Assembly: GCA_963793425.1 (NCBI GenBank)
Contig: CAWCAG010000005.1
Span: forward strand, 1,525,178 to 1,589,177
Direction: 5' to 3'
Length of the DNA: 64,000 nucleotides
Origin: an uncultured cyanobacterium
Lineage (GTDB): Bacteria > Cyanobacteriota > Cyanobacteriia > Cyanobacteriales > CAWCAG01
The notes below the pieces were generated by a model. It had not been told where the DNA came from. It was given only the letters and a program-made list of their open reading frames with translations, and did not search any database. This document shows positions 37,096 through 47,207 of this stretch, in pieces. The translations under genes and the position numbers were made by a program. How positions within the stretch are numbered: position 1 is the first letter of the stretch; every line of letters begins with the position of its first letter.

Positions 37096-37557
37096 TTAAT
37101 CAGCCCATTCAATAGACCATTCAGAATTATTATCCCAGTTATAGCGCGATTCTTCTTCAATAATGACAGGACGTTCTTTAGCTTGGGAGATCCAGTTGAT
37201 TATTTGTTCAAAAGAAGGAAGCAATTTAACAATCGTCAGTTGTTCATTGACCCGTAAAATCTCTTCATAAAGGTCATTAGGCGAAACCTGCCCAAGTTTT
37301 TCGACACTATCTACTCCTGATGCCTCTAATAACTTCGAGTACTCCCCTCCTACCCCCTTAATTTGGATCAAGTCAGCTAAATGTAGCCAGCGAAAGATCA
37401 TTCCTTCTTCAATTCCTGCGGCTTGAGATAATTCTCTTCTTCCTGCCACAGACTTACCTTTCTCTAGCAGTTCCTCTACAGTATTGATATTTGCCTTTTC
37501 TAGTTGACTAACATAAAAAGGAGTTATACCATCAATATCTTCAATCTGGTGTGCCAT
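37096..37557 (-). CDS. DUF4332-like (helix-hairpin-helix) protein
   Basis: 153-aa ORF: IEDIDGITPFYVSQLEKANINTVEELL ... IKGVGGEYSKLLEASGVDSVEKL. These are two HhH-like modules typical of DUF4332 (family name from memory). Confidence 0.75.
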   Translation of the reverse strand: MAHQIEDIDGITPFYVSQLEKANINTVEELLEKGKSVAGRRELSQAAGIEEGMIFRWLHLADLIQIKGVGGEYSKLLEASGVDSVEKLGQVSPNDLYEEILRVNEQLTIVKLLPSFEQIINWISQAKERPVIIEEESRYNWDNNSEWSIEWAD

Positions 37558-37692
37558 TGCCTGTATGTAAAAAAATTTGCTTATTTATTTCTATTGTCAG
37601 GCTAAACGTTACCATTTGAACGATTCGTTACCGTTAAGATACAAAATAATCTTTTTAAAACAGTTATTACTATTCCCTTTGGCAATAAACCG

Positions 37693-39330
37693 ATGACATC
37701 AACCCTTTTAAACAATCGCTATCGTCTCCTCAAACCTCTTGGTGAGGGTGGTTTTGGCAATACTTTTTTGGCTGAAGATACCCATATGCCCTCCGGAAGG
37801 CGTTGCGTAATTAAGCAACTTAAACCCGTCACCAACGATCCTCAATACTATCAATTGGTTAAAGATCGCTTCGGCAGAGAAGCTGCTACCCTAGAAAAAT
37901 TAGGTCAAGGTAACAACCAAATACCTAACTTATATGCCTATTTTTCTGAGGCTGACCAGTTTTATTTAGTGCAAGAATGGATAGAAGGAGAGACTCTAAC
38001 TAAGCTGGTTGAAAAACAAGGCAAGTTAGGAGAAAGCCAAGTCAAAGAACTTCTAACTAGTCTTTTACCTGTATTAGCTTATATTCACTCTCAGCGCATT
38101 GTTCACCGGGATATTAAACCAGATAATATTATTATTCGTACTTTAGATAATCAACCGGTACTAATTGATTTTGGTGCAGTTAAAGAAGCCATGGGTACGG
38201 TGGTTAATTCTCAAGGTAATGCCACCAATTCTATTGTGATTGGTACTCCTGGTTTCATGCCCAGTGAACAAGCTGCCGGAAGACCAGTTTATGCTAGTGA
38301 TCTCTATGGTTTAGGGTTAGTGGCGGTTTATTGCTTGACCGGGAAAATGCCCCAAGAATTAGTTAACGATCCTCAAACCGGGGAACTACTTTGGCAAGAA
38401 TACGCCCCTCAAATTAGCCCTCAATTAGCTAGAGTACTCAACAAAGCAATCATGAGTCATCCTCGCGATCGCTTTAGTGATGCCCAAGAAATGTTAGCAG
38501 CGTTGCAAAGCAATCTTGATAATGCCCCAACCATAGCCGTTGCCCCAGGAAATAGAAATCCTGTTTCCCAAGCAGAATTTTCTCCTACTGTGGCTGTTTC
38601 TGCCCCTTCTAGCCAAACAGTAACTGTTCCGAAGAGAAAATCTGGTCTTGCTGGTAGCATTCTTCTCGGTAGCATCATCATGGCTGGTATAATTGGCGGT
38701 GCAGTGATGCTAGGTTTGAGGTTAAACAATGCTTCGGATACCACTAACCAAGAAACAGTTTCTTCTACGACAAACTCTTCTGAAGCTGATTCGACACAAC
38801 AAACTCAAACTCAAAATATTCCCCCAGCCAGGGAAGAAACTACTAATCAACCAGATAATTCCTCCCCGCCTATTGCCAGTAACAATTCTCCCGTAACCGA
38901 AAAGCCACAACCAGAGAATACGCCTGATTTTGAAACGAACAATTCTCCAGTAACTGAAAAACCCCAACCAGAAGAAAAGGAAACTTCTCTTTCTCGTCCT
39001 ACACCAAAACAAGCTGTATTAGATTATTACAACAACTTGAATGATGGTAATTTACAAGCTGCTTGGCAACAATTACCAGAAGAGTTACAAAATAATCCTA
39101 GAGTACATCCACAAGGTTATTCTTCCTATGCCAATTGGTTCGGTACAGTAGATTTTGTAGATGTACAACAAGTCAAGGTGGCAGAAGAAAAAGGAGAAAC
39201 GGCGAAGGTTGATGTACGCTTCAAATATAATATGAATAACGGCAAAGTTTCTAGTCAGAATTTGCGTTATTTCTTGATTTGGAATCCTGAAACAGAAAGT
39301 TGGCAGTTTGCACAAATTACTAATAAATAA
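37693..39330 (+). CDS. Hanks-type Ser/Thr protein kinase with TM segment and C-terminal NTF2/ARC6-like domain
   Basis: 545-aa ORF: GEGGFGNTFLA, HRDIKPDNIII, DFGAVK, GFMPSEQ, a TM helix (GSILLGSIIMAGIIGGAVMLGL), a Pro/Thr/Asn-rich linker with a short duplication (NNSPVTEKPQPE x2), and a ~110-aa C-terminal globular domain. Confidence 0.9.
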   Translation: MTSTLLNNRYRLLKPLGEGGFGNTFLAEDTHMPSGRRCVIKQLKPVTNDPQYYQLVKDRFGREAATLEKLGQGNNQIPNLYAYFSEADQFYLVQEWIEGETLTKLVEKQGKLGESQVKELLTSLLPVLAYIHSQRIVHRDIKPDNIIIRTLDNQPVLIDFGAVKEAMGTVVNSQGNATNSIVIGTPGFMPSEQAAGRPVYASDLYGLGLVAVYCLTGKMPQELVNDPQTGELLWQEYAPQISPQLARVLNKAIMSHPRDRFSDAQEMLAALQSNLDNAPTIAVAPGNRNPVSQAEFSPTVAVSAPSSQTVTVPKRKSGLAGSILLGSIIMAGIIGGAVMLGLRLNNASDTTNQETVSSTTNSSEADSTQQTQTQNIPPAREETTNQPDNSSPPIASNNSPVTEKPQPENTPDFETNNSPVTEKPQPEEKETSLSRPTPKQAVLDYYNNLNDGNLQAAWQQLPEELQNNPRVHPQGYSSYANWFGTVDFVDVQQVKVAEEKGETAKVDVRFKYNMNNGKVSSQNLRYFLIWNPETESWQFAQITNK

Positions 39331-39451
39331 TAGGTAATAAGTGAGTTGCTTTTCTTGAAAATTAATCGAGGTTGAACAACTAAAAAACAAAAGGAAATTA
39401 GTATTTTTTAGAGCTATTCCTCTTTTACTTCTGCTTCTTTCGACCATCGCC

Positions 39452-40819
39452 TCAGCTTCTCGAAGTAATTAAATTAAAATACTCTAAAGACTTCCCTCGC
39501 ACCATACAATTAGCCGCTTCAATGATAGTTTCTTCTGCATAGGGTTTGGTAAAGTGTCCCCAAGCCCCCAACTGTTGCCACAGAGGAGGCTGAATCATCT
39601 TATTTATTCCTCGGCTAGTTAGTATTGCTACGGGAATCCCTTGTAAATGCTCACTTTTTTTAAGCCTTTTGAGAAATTCATAGCCATCCATACGGGGCAT
39701 TTCAATATCAGCAAAAATGGCATCACAATGTAAGCCTTCTTGCAATAACTCCCATGCTTCTTTTCCATCTCGCGCTTTGATGATGTTGTAACCTGCCTTA
39801 GTGAAAGTCATGTCTAAGAGTTCCCGCACAGTAATAGAATCGTCAATAACCAAAAGGGTAGAGGAATTGGCTTTAGCTGCACCTACTCCTTCTGTGATTA
39901 CTACTCCTGTCATATCTGCGGTTTTAAGATTGGTATCTTGGAAAGTGGTACGGATCAATTGGGAGTTATTCAGCTTAGTATGATGGGCGATCGCTTCTAT
40001 AAACTGACAATCTACAATGATACTCCCCTGTAGATTCGCCCCTGTTAAATCAGTTCCTTGTAAGCTTACCTGTTTTAAGGTTGCCCAGTGCAAATTGACC
40101 CCCTGCAAGTCTAGCTCATCCAAACTAGTATTTTCTAGCCAAGCCCGTTGGAAATTGCGGTTTCCCTCTGTAAGTTGAGCTTCAACGGCTCTAGAATCTA
40201 AATATTTTGCTCTTTGATCCAATAGCTTTGCAATTAAAAGTGCGATTCCAGTTGCAACAACTTCAGGTTTAGCCTGCTTTCTGCCAATTTCCTGCCAAGC
40301 CTCCTTTGCTTCTTCTGCCTGCCATTCAATTCCTGCAAACTCCTCATACAAAGTCTTCGCAAAGCCTCCAGTACAACCCACTGGCAAAACCATCCCCCCT
40401 GACCCCAATGCCCAACGTGCTTCTTGTTCCGTCCCTGGGCCTCCTTCTAAGAGCAAATAAATCGGAGCAGCATGAGCCAAAACGAAGCGTCTTTGTTTTA
40501 AGGTTTGCCCCGCCGTTAGATTATGACCATAATCCCAAGGAAGAAAGCCCTGGGGCTGAACATGAAATACAGGAGGATTATCATCTCCTCCTCCCTGACG
40601 ATGTTGGTAAAAGCTACGGGATACTGCTTCGGGAATACCAGAAACCCCACCAGTTAAAATTGCTATCTCTGTTAGTGCAGCTAACTTGCGCCCTGTGGCA
40701 TAGCAAATGGCTTCGGTAGACTTTTGCCAAAAAGAGGTGCTACCAATAATGGCAACTTGGCGAGGGGTAGAAAAGTGACATCGCAAACCAGCAACTAGGG
40801 TATCTAGGTTGAGAGACAT
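39452..40819 (-). CDS. response regulator: N-terminal SLOG/LOG-like Rossmann domain + pentapeptide repeats + C-terminal receiver (REC)
   Basis: 455-aa ORF. aa ~20-160 VAIIGS...LTGGVSGIPEAV...LLLEGGPGTEQEARWAL (TIGR00725/LOG-like motifs). aa ~225-305 A(D/N)LxG pentapeptide repeats. aa 322-440 REC with DD326-327, D371 (FADIEMPRMDG), T401 and K425. Confidence 0.85.
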   Translation of the reverse strand: MSLNLDTLVAGLRCHFSTPRQVAIIGSTSFWQKSTEAICYATGRKLAALTEIAILTGGVSGIPEAVSRSFYQHRQGGGDDNPPVFHVQPQGFLPWDYGHNLTAGQTLKQRRFVLAHAAPIYLLLEGGPGTEQEARWALGSGGMVLPVGCTGGFAKTLYEEFAGIEWQAEEAKEAWQEIGRKQAKPEVVATGIALLIAKLLDQRAKYLDSRAVEAQLTEGNRNFQRAWLENTSLDELDLQGVNLHWATLKQVSLQGTDLTGANLQGSIIVDCQFIEAIAHHTKLNNSQLIRTTFQDTNLKTADMTGVVITEGVGAAKANSSTLLVIDDSITVRELLDMTFTKAGYNIIKARDGKEAWELLQEGLHCDAIFADIEMPRMDGYEFLKRLKKSEHLQGIPVAILTSRGINKMIQPPLWQQLGAWGHFTKPYAEETIIEAANCMVRGKSLEYFNLITSRS

Positions 40820-41110
40820 GATTGACAGAAGTTAAACAAAAGAGGGTGAAAAAATCAATTAACACAGATTTTATTCTAGGGACTCAGGCATTTAAAGATA
40901 GAGTGTTCCACCTCAATTACTGTCAATACTTTTTCAATACAATTGTTATTCAAGAACGGATAATGGCTAATTATCCATTGCTAAGTTTGTTACCCTAGCT
41001 AATAATCGGGGCAATTTAATCAAGAGATAATTGAATTTACTAAATATTTAGCTCAAATTGTGCCTTGAGAGGGTTGAGCTAAATTCAAAAGCTGATTAGC
41101 GTTGAGCAAA

Positions 41111-42760
41111 ATGGTTAAAACCAAATCAAAGAAAAAATCTCCAGGAGGCAAAAACAATCAGCCTATCCTGAGTAGAGAAGAATCAATTGCCCAGCAACGG
41201 AAAGCTAAGCAAGCTAAGCAAAAACTAATTAAAACCATCTTTACCGGTTTAGGTATTGGCATCCTTTTTGGTATGCCAGCTATGGCAGCAGTTAGCCCTA
41301 TCATCGGCTTAGGAGTGATGCTAGCCATCCCCACCCTTCTATTTTGCTATGCCTATCCTAGTTTGGGGCTGTGGCTATTCCTCATTTATTTACCTTTCAG
41401 CGGTACAGTAACTTACTGGATTGGGGGAGGAAATGCTCTTTTCAGTTTAGCTAAAGATGCTTTTTATATTCCCGCTTTATTTGGTATGTTGCGGGAATAC
41501 AAACGAAAAAGAGAACGTCTGCCGATCCCGAAAAACTTAACCTTAACCTTTAGCTTATCCCTAGTTTTAGCTGTAATGACCCTGCTTTTAGTTAATGGTA
41601 GCTTACAGCTTGCTGGTTCAGGAGAAGGCGTTCCTTTCTTACAAGGAGTTTTAGGCTTAAAAGTTCTTTTAGGCTATGTTCCTCTAATTGTTTGTGCCAT
41701 TTATTTAATCAAAACAAAAAAAGAATTACTTATTTGTACCCGCCTCCATTTAATCTTGGCAATTATTTGCTGTGTCCTGGGGGTGATGCAGTATTTAATG
41801 TTAGATAGCGGTACTTGTGTGGGAACTCGTAATGCTGTGGGGGAAGAGTTATTCAAAGCAACTGTAGAAGCAAAATGTTTGGTAGGAGGTTCTGTTGCTT
41901 TTGCCCCTTCCCAAGATATGATTCGTTTGCCGGGAACTTTCCCTTCTCCTTGGCACTGGGCTTGGTTTTTAATTGCTAATAGTGTCTTAACCTATACTGT
42001 TGCTTTTGGTGATCCTTCCTTTTTCTGGCGCATGGGAGGTATAGCAGGTATGGTGTTGGTATTTGCTAATGCCGTTGTTTCTGGACAACGAATTGCCTTG
42101 GCATTAGTACCTGTGGTTACGATTATATTACTGGTTTTAACTGGACAATTAGCTAACCTAAAAAGATTTATCCCTATTGGTGGGTTGCTAGCCTTAGCCT
42201 TAGTTTTTGCTATCAGCAAAAATCCTGATATAGTTCAAGAAAGGATTGATAGTTTCCAAAGTCGGGCAGAAGCTTCTCCTCCCCAAGCTTTTATTGAAGA
42301 GCAGTTTCGCTGGGCTTTTGAGTCTTCTGAAGGGTTTTTGGGGATGGGTTTAGGGCGGGCTACTAATTCTACTAGGGTGTTTGGTAAAGTTTCTTTGGTA
42401 GAAACCTATTACCCGAAACTTATTTATGAAATGGGCTTACTGGCAACTTTAGCCTTTTTGTTTTTTTTAACCAATATAGTTTACGTCGGCTTCAAGAATT
42501 ATCGTGCTGTTCGTGATAAGAATTTACGTTCTTTAGGTTCAAGTTTGTGGGTATTTGTTTTAATTATCAGCTACAACACTTACTGGTATCCTTTAGATAC
42601 AGAACCTGTTAATGTTTATTACTGGTTTTTTGCTGGGGTAATTCTACGTTTAGGGGAAATTAATCGGCAAGAAGAAGAGAAGCGTATAGAAGCAGAAGAA
42701 AATGATCCTATTTTGCAAAAGAAACTCAGAAGGAAGCTAAAAAAGAAACAAACAGCTTGA
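41111..42760 (+). CDS. O-antigen ligase/polymerase-like (Wzy_C family) membrane protein
   Basis: The track ORF starts at TTG 41102; the first ATG is at 41111. It has more than 10 hydrophobic helices, a large periplasmic-loop region and a Lys-rich C-terminal tail. Confidence 0.75.
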   Translation: MVKTKSKKKSPGGKNNQPILSREESIAQQRKAKQAKQKLIKTIFTGLGIGILFGMPAMAAVSPIIGLGVMLAIPTLLFCYAYPSLGLWLFLIYLPFSGTVTYWIGGGNALFSLAKDAFYIPALFGMLREYKRKRERLPIPKNLTLTFSLSLVLAVMTLLLVNGSLQLAGSGEGVPFLQGVLGLKVLLGYVPLIVCAIYLIKTKKELLICTRLHLILAIICCVLGVMQYLMLDSGTCVGTRNAVGEELFKATVEAKCLVGGSVAFAPSQDMIRLPGTFPSPWHWAWFLIANSVLTYTVAFGDPSFFWRMGGIAGMVLVFANAVVSGQRIALALVPVVTIILLVLTGQLANLKRFIPIGGLLALALVFAISKNPDIVQERIDSFQSRAEASPPQAFIEEQFRWAFESSEGFLGMGLGRATNSTRVFGKVSLVETYYPKLIYEMGLLATLAFLFFLTNIVYVGFKNYRAVRDKNLRSLGSSLWVFVLIISYNTYWYPLDTEPVNVYYWFFAGVILRLGEINRQEEEKRIEAEENDPILQKKLRRKLKKKQTA

Positions 42761-42842
42761 TTTTTGTTGCCGTAGCTAACAACTAAGGGCAACCTAAAAA
42801 GGGATACTTTTTAAACCAAAGTTGATAACTAAAAATATTGCT

Positions 42843-43844
42843 ATGAATTGGCCCCTCGTTTCTATTGTTATACCCACCTATGGCAGAGAAGAGCCTTTAA
42901 GGGATACTTTAAAAGATGTATTGAAGCAAGATTATCCTAATTTTGAAATTTTAGTTGTAGATCAAACTCCTAGCCATGAGCCAGAAACCCAGCAGGTTTT
43001 GGCTGAGTTATCTACTGGGGGTAAAATTAATTTATTTAAAGTTGACTGGGCGAGTTTACCGGGGGCCAGAAATTACGCTGTGCGTCGGGCAAAAGGAGAA
43101 ATTATTATCTTCATTGATGATGATGTGCAGATGCCAGAAGGTTATATCAAAGCCCATGCTAAAAACTATAGTAACCCTGAAATTGGTGCTGTAGCAGGGC
43201 GGGTTTTTGATCGTATGAAGCTAGCTGATTATCAGAAGTTTGCTAACGAAGGGGATGCTTATGAAATTGAAGACTTGCCCCCAGAAGCAATGGATGCTGG
43301 TATCGCTTGGTATCACATCGACTTGGTACATACAACTAAGCCTCAACGGGTAATTTCCACCAGGGGCTGCAATATGTCTTTTCGTCGGGAAATTTTTACT
43401 AAACATGGTGTTTGGTTTGATGAACGCTTCCGGGGTTCAGCAGTACGGGAAGAGTCTGATTTTTGTTTGAGGATTAGGAAAACTGGCTACCAAATTTGGT
43501 ACGATCCTGAAGCTGATTTAGTCCATTTAGGGGAAGAAACGGGGGGCTGCCATGATATTAGTACGCGATCGCTTAAATATCAGTTTACGTTTTACCACAA
43601 CCATTTTTTAATGGCCCAAAAGAATTTAACACCGGGGCAACAATTACGTTTGTACAGCAAGTTGTTTGATTGTCACGTTTTAGGTAATCCTCCTTGCAAC
43701 AAAAGTGGTTCCCCTTTAAAGGTTGCTAGTCGGGGTTTATTCTATACTTTAGGCTTTTTTGATGCTTTGAATACTCGCATTAAATCTGCTTGGGATGATG
43801 GGCAGATTTATAGTCGCCAGGATAAGAATACAAGTAATAAGTAA
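42843..43844 (+). CDS. family 2 glycosyltransferase
   Basis: An ATG at 42843 gives MNWPLVSIVIPTYGREEPL (the track uses TTG 42822), with the FIDDD DxD motif. The last four codons and the stop lie inside the AAGTAAT array. Confidence 0.9.
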   Translation: MNWPLVSIVIPTYGREEPLRDTLKDVLKQDYPNFEILVVDQTPSHEPETQQVLAELSTGGKINLFKVDWASLPGARNYAVRRAKGEIIIFIDDDVQMPEGYIKAHAKNYSNPEIGAVAGRVFDRMKLADYQKFANEGDAYEIEDLPPEAMDAGIAWYHIDLVHTTKPQRVISTRGCNMSFRREIFTKHGVWFDERFRGSAVREESDFCLRIRKTGYQIWYDPEADLVHLGEETGGCHDISTRSLKYQFTFYHNHFLMAQKNLTPGQQLRLYSKLFDCHVLGNPPCNKSGSPLKVASRGLFYTLGFFDALNTRIKSAWDDGQIYSRQDKNTSNK

Positions 43845-43866
43845 TAAGTAATAAGTAATAAGTTTT
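43832..43866. repeat. 7-nt tandem array (AAGTAAT)x4 plus a variant; reverse complement of the TTACTTA family
   Basis: aagtaat x4 (43832-43859), then aagtttt. Same unit as the array at 36503-36558 in the opposite orientation. Confidence 0.9.
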
Positions 43867-43903
43867 GAAGAGACTGTTTATTCTTCGGTCTTACTTGTTA
43901 GCG

Positions 43904-43938
43904 ATTAGCCATTAGCCATTAGCAAATAACAATTATCA
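43904..43938. repeat. 7-nt tandem array (ATTAGCC x2, ATTAGCA, AATAACA, ATTATCA)
   Basis: Runs directly into the ATG (43939) of the GT4 gene. Same family as 27121-27155. Confidence 0.85.
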
Positions 43939-45111
43939 ATGAAAATACTCGTTGCTAGCCATAGTTATATTGTTGACCTTAACTGTGAAAAGTTGAGAAA
44001 ATTAGCTCATTTACAACCAAATGTTGAAGTTACAGCAGTAGTACCCAAACGCTGGAAACCGGGGGGAGTACAGAATAAAATCATTGAAACTAAATATTGG
44101 CAAGATGGTAATTTTCGGGTTGTACCAGTTGCTAACTTTAGTGAAAATAATCAGGCATTACTAACTTTTGGTATCGATATAGTTAAATTGTTGCGGGAAT
44201 TCAAGCCTGATATTATTCAAGTAGAACAGGGAGCAAAGGCTTTAGGTTATGCTCAATTAATTACTTTAAATAAGTTATTAGGTTTAAAAGCGAAAAATTG
44301 CTTTTTCACTTGGTGGAATTTACCTTATCAAGCTAAGTTTCCTATTTCTGTTCTCGAATCTTACAATCTCAACAACACCGATGGGTTGATTTCTGGCAAT
44401 CAAGATGGTGTAGATATTTTACGAGAACATGGCTATCAAGGCGCTGTTAAAGTAATGCCTCAATTGGGAGTAGATGAGAGTTTATTTAAACCTCAAGCTC
44501 AACCAGAATTAGCAGCTAAATTAGGCATTGAATCAGAAGAGTTTGTTATTGGTTTCGTGGGTAGGTTTGTTCAGGAAAAAGGCATTTTAACCTTAATTAA
44601 AGCTTTATCTAAATTGAAAGAAAAAAGCTGGAAACTGTTACTATTAGGTAGAGGGGAATTAAAAGAAACTTTACAAGAAAAAGCGGCGATCGCCGGAATT
44701 AAAGAACGATTAATTATGGTAGAAAGTGTCCCTCATGATGCAGTTCCTTACTATATTAATCTTATGAATACTTTAGTTTTACCCTCAGAAACCACCTATG
44801 AATTTAAAACCTTAACTGCGGCAGGTTGGAAAGAACAATTCGGTCATGTTCTCATTGAAGCAATGGCTTGTCGAGTACCTGTAGTTGGTTCTGATTCAGG
44901 AGAAATTCCTCATGTAATTGGTGAGGTGGGTTTGGTGTTTCCAGAAGGAAATGCCGAGGCTTTAAGCAAGGCTTTGTTATCTTTAATAGAAGACTCAAAT
45001 TTGACGCACAAGCTAGCTAACAAAGGTTATGAAAAGGCAATGAAACAATATACTAACCAAGCTTTAGCTAAGCAACAATTACAATTTTATCAGAATTTAT
45101 TAGCTAGCTAA
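43939..45111 (+). CDS. family 4 (GT-B, group 1) glycosyltransferase
   Basis: 390-aa ORF: GFVGRFVQEKG and EQFGHVLIEAMACRVPVVGSDSGEIPHVIG (E-x7-E region). Confidence 0.9.
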   Translation: MKILVASHSYIVDLNCEKLRKLAHLQPNVEVTAVVPKRWKPGGVQNKIIETKYWQDGNFRVVPVANFSENNQALLTFGIDIVKLLREFKPDIIQVEQGAKALGYAQLITLNKLLGLKAKNCFFTWWNLPYQAKFPISVLESYNLNNTDGLISGNQDGVDILREHGYQGAVKVMPQLGVDESLFKPQAQPELAAKLGIESEEFVIGFVGRFVQEKGILTLIKALSKLKEKSWKLLLLGRGELKETLQEKAAIAGIKERLIMVESVPHDAVPYYINLMNTLVLPSETTYEFKTLTAAGWKEQFGHVLIEAMACRVPVVGSDSGEIPHVIGEVGLVFPEGNAEALSKALLSLIEDSNLTHKLANKGYEKAMKQYTNQALAKQQLQFYQNLLAS

Positions 45112-45163
45112 TATCGTTGATCCGACAAATATTTGATGATTTATTCTTTTTTAGGCGCACAAA

Positions 45164-46096
45164 ATGCAAACAGTTAACTTAGGAAAACATGGTCCTGCCG
45201 TCACTGCTTTAGGGATTGGTACTTGGTCTTGGGGAGACAAGTTATTTTGGAACTATGGTAGCGATTATGGCCCTTCCCAGGTTAAAGAAGCTTTTGAGGC
45301 AGCGATCGCAGCGGGAATTACTTTTTTTGATACGGCTGAGGTTTATGGTATCGGTAAGTCAGAATCCTTGTTAGGAGAGTTTACGGGGCAACAACAAGGT
45401 TCCATTGATATTGCCACAAAATATGGCCCTTTGCCCTGGCGTTTGACAGGGGATTCTGTAGCTGAGGCCCTAAGTAATAGTTTAGAACGTTTACAATTAA
45501 AACAAGTCACTCTTTACCAGGTTCACTGGCCTTTCAGCTTTTTTATGACCCAAGAAACCTTAATGAATGCTTTAGCTGATGAGGTGAAAAAAGGTCGTAT
45601 TTTAACAGTAGGAGTGAGTAATTATTCAGCAGAAGAAATGTGCCAAGCCTCTGATATTTTGGCTAAAAGAGGTGTTCCTTTAGCAGTTAATCAGATGCAA
45701 TATTCTTTGTTACATCGTAACATTGAAAGCAATGGTGTTCTGCAAACAGCAAAAGATTTAGGCATAACAATTCTTGCTTACAGTCCTTTGGCACAAGGTT
45801 TACTCACAGGCAAATATGATCCAGCTAACCCTCAAACTCCTGAAGGTGCAAGACGTTTTGATTCTCGTTTTAGCAAAGGCGGTTTAGCAAAGATTGCTCC
45901 AGTTTTAAATGCTTTAAAAGAGTTGGGAGCAAAGTATAATAAAACTTGCGCTCAAGTAGCCCTAAATTGGTTAATAAATCAAGGTGATGTTATTCCTATT
46001 CCTGGAGCGAAGAATGCTCAACAAGCTACTCAAAATGCAGGTGCTTTAGGTTGGAGTTTGGAAGCGGGAGAAGTAGCTTATTTAAGTAATAAATAG
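45164..46096 (+). CDS. aldo/keto reductase
   Basis: 310-aa ORF: LGIGTWSWG, FFDTAEVYG, LYQVHWP, GVSNYS, IPIPGAKN. Confidence 0.9.
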   Translation: MQTVNLGKHGPAVTALGIGTWSWGDKLFWNYGSDYGPSQVKEAFEAAIAAGITFFDTAEVYGIGKSESLLGEFTGQQQGSIDIATKYGPLPWRLTGDSVAEALSNSLERLQLKQVTLYQVHWPFSFFMTQETLMNALADEVKKGRILTVGVSNYSAEEMCQASDILAKRGVPLAVNQMQYSLLHRNIESNGVLQTAKDLGITILAYSPLAQGLLTGKYDPANPQTPEGARRFDSRFSKGGLAKIAPVLNALKELGAKYNKTCAQVALNWLINQGDVIPIPGAKNAQQATQNAGALGWSLEAGEVAYLSNK

Positions 46097-46137
46097 CTAG
46101 TTGCTAGTTGCTAGTTGCTAGTTGCTAGTTGCTAATA
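46096..46137. repeat. 7-nt tandem array (GCTAGTT)x5 plus a variant
   Basis: Starts at the last base of the aldo/keto reductase stop codon. The same unit recurs at 58964-59005. Confidence 0.95.
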
Positions 46138-46174
46138 GTTGTCACTTAGTCACCCCGTCTCTTTATCTGTTTAA

Positions 46175-46203
46175 GAAAAAGCGCCTGAAACAATTCAGAC
46201 GCT
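46175..46203 (-). terminator. rho-independent terminator of the atp operon
   Basis: agcgcctgaa (46180-46189) / ttcagacgct (46194-46203), 9 of 10 pairs, loop acaa. An A-run at 46176-46180 gives the U-tract on the minus strand, 25 nt after the atpC stop. Confidence 0.75.
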
Positions 46204-46227
46204 CTACTTATACAAACGTTATGTTAG

Positions 46228-47175
46228 TTAACCAGCCGACTCTGCACCGGCAACAACTTCCAGAATTTCTTGAGTAATCGCTGCTTGCCTTGCCTTGTTG
46301 TAGGACAAAGTAAGAGTACTCACTAATTCAGTGGCATTCTCGCTAGCACTATTCATCGCTGTCATTCGTGCTGCTAACTCGCTGGCTGCAGACTCTTGTA
46401 AAGCACGAAGCAACTGATTGTTCAAATATAGCGGCAGAAGAGCATTAAGGATTTGCGCTGGATCTTGCTCAAAAATCATATCCCTAGGAAAGCTACGCAT
46501 TTGAGACGTAACTTTTTCCCGTTCAACCTCAAAATCTCCACCACTGGTAGTTAGGCGAAAGATTTCATCGTCTTTAGGCTCCAATCCTTGGGGAGTTAAA
46601 GGTAGAAGGGTTTGTACCACGGGTCGAGAACTGATCAGAGAAACAAACTTAGTGTAAATCAACTCTACCCGATCTACTTCCTCAGAAAGAAATAAAGAAA
46701 GTAGTTGGTCGGCAATTTGGGATGCTTCAGAAGCAGAAGGAATTTGCTCTAAGCCAGTGTAAGTACCATCAATGGGTGCTTTACGTCGCTCAAAGTATTG
46801 GGTGGCTTTACGCCCGACTAGGACGTATTTATAAGCAACCCCTTCTGCTTCTAGTTCCTTGGCTCTGGTTTCAGCTTTTTTGATGACGTTACTGTTATAG
46901 CCACCGCATAAACCGCGATCGCCAGATACGACCAACAGTCCTACGGAGTCAACTTCCCTTTGCTTTAATAAAGGCAAGTCAACATCTTCAAATTTAAGCC
47001 GATTTTGCAAACCGTAAAGCACTTGAGCCAAACGGTCAGCAAAAGGACGAGTGGAGTTAACCTGCTCTTGAGCGCGGCGCACTTTAGCTGCTGCGACAAG
47101 ACGCATCGCTTCGGTGATTTTTTTGGTATTTTTGACCGTCTGAATGCGATCGCGAATAGTTTTCAGATTAGGCAT
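46228..47175 (-). CDS. atpC: ATP synthase F1 gamma subunit
   Basis: 315-aa ORF: [36 protein letters not shown] ... [13 protein letters not shown]. Cyanobacterial naming is atpC (atpG in E. coli). Confidence 0.97.
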   Translation of the reverse strand: MPNLKTIRDRIQTVKNTKKITEAMRLVAAAKVRRAQEQVNSTRPFADRLAQVLYGLQNRLKFEDVDLPLLKQREVDSVGLLVVSGDRGLCGGYNSNVIKKAETRAKELEAEGVAYKYVLVGRKATQYFERRKAPIDGTYTGLEQIPSASEASQIADQLLSLFLSEEVDRVELIYTKFVSLISSRPVVQTLLPLTPQGLEPKDDEIFRLTTSGGDFEVEREKVTSQMRSFPRDMIFEQDPAQILNALLPLYLNNQLLRALQESAASELAARMTAMNSASENATELVSTLTLSYNKARQAAITQEILEVVAGAESAG

Positions 47176-47207
47176 TGGTCATTGGTCACTTGTCATTGGT
47201 CATTTTT
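47173..47207. repeat. 7-nt tandem array (CATTGGT family x5) forming most of the atpA-atpC spacer
   Basis: cattggt cattggt cacttgt cattggt cattttt. On the transcribed (minus) strand each unit reads ACCAATG. The first unit supplies the atpC start codon. Confidence 0.9.

Noticed and set aside
38457-39447. Three minus-strand ORFs (95, 96 and 120 aa) lie antisense to, or just after, the kinase gene 37693-39330.
   Set aside because: Their translations are low-complexity (Arg/Phe/Trp/Ile-rich) and mirror the kinase's Pro/Thr/Asn linker. They lack plausible starts and motifs.
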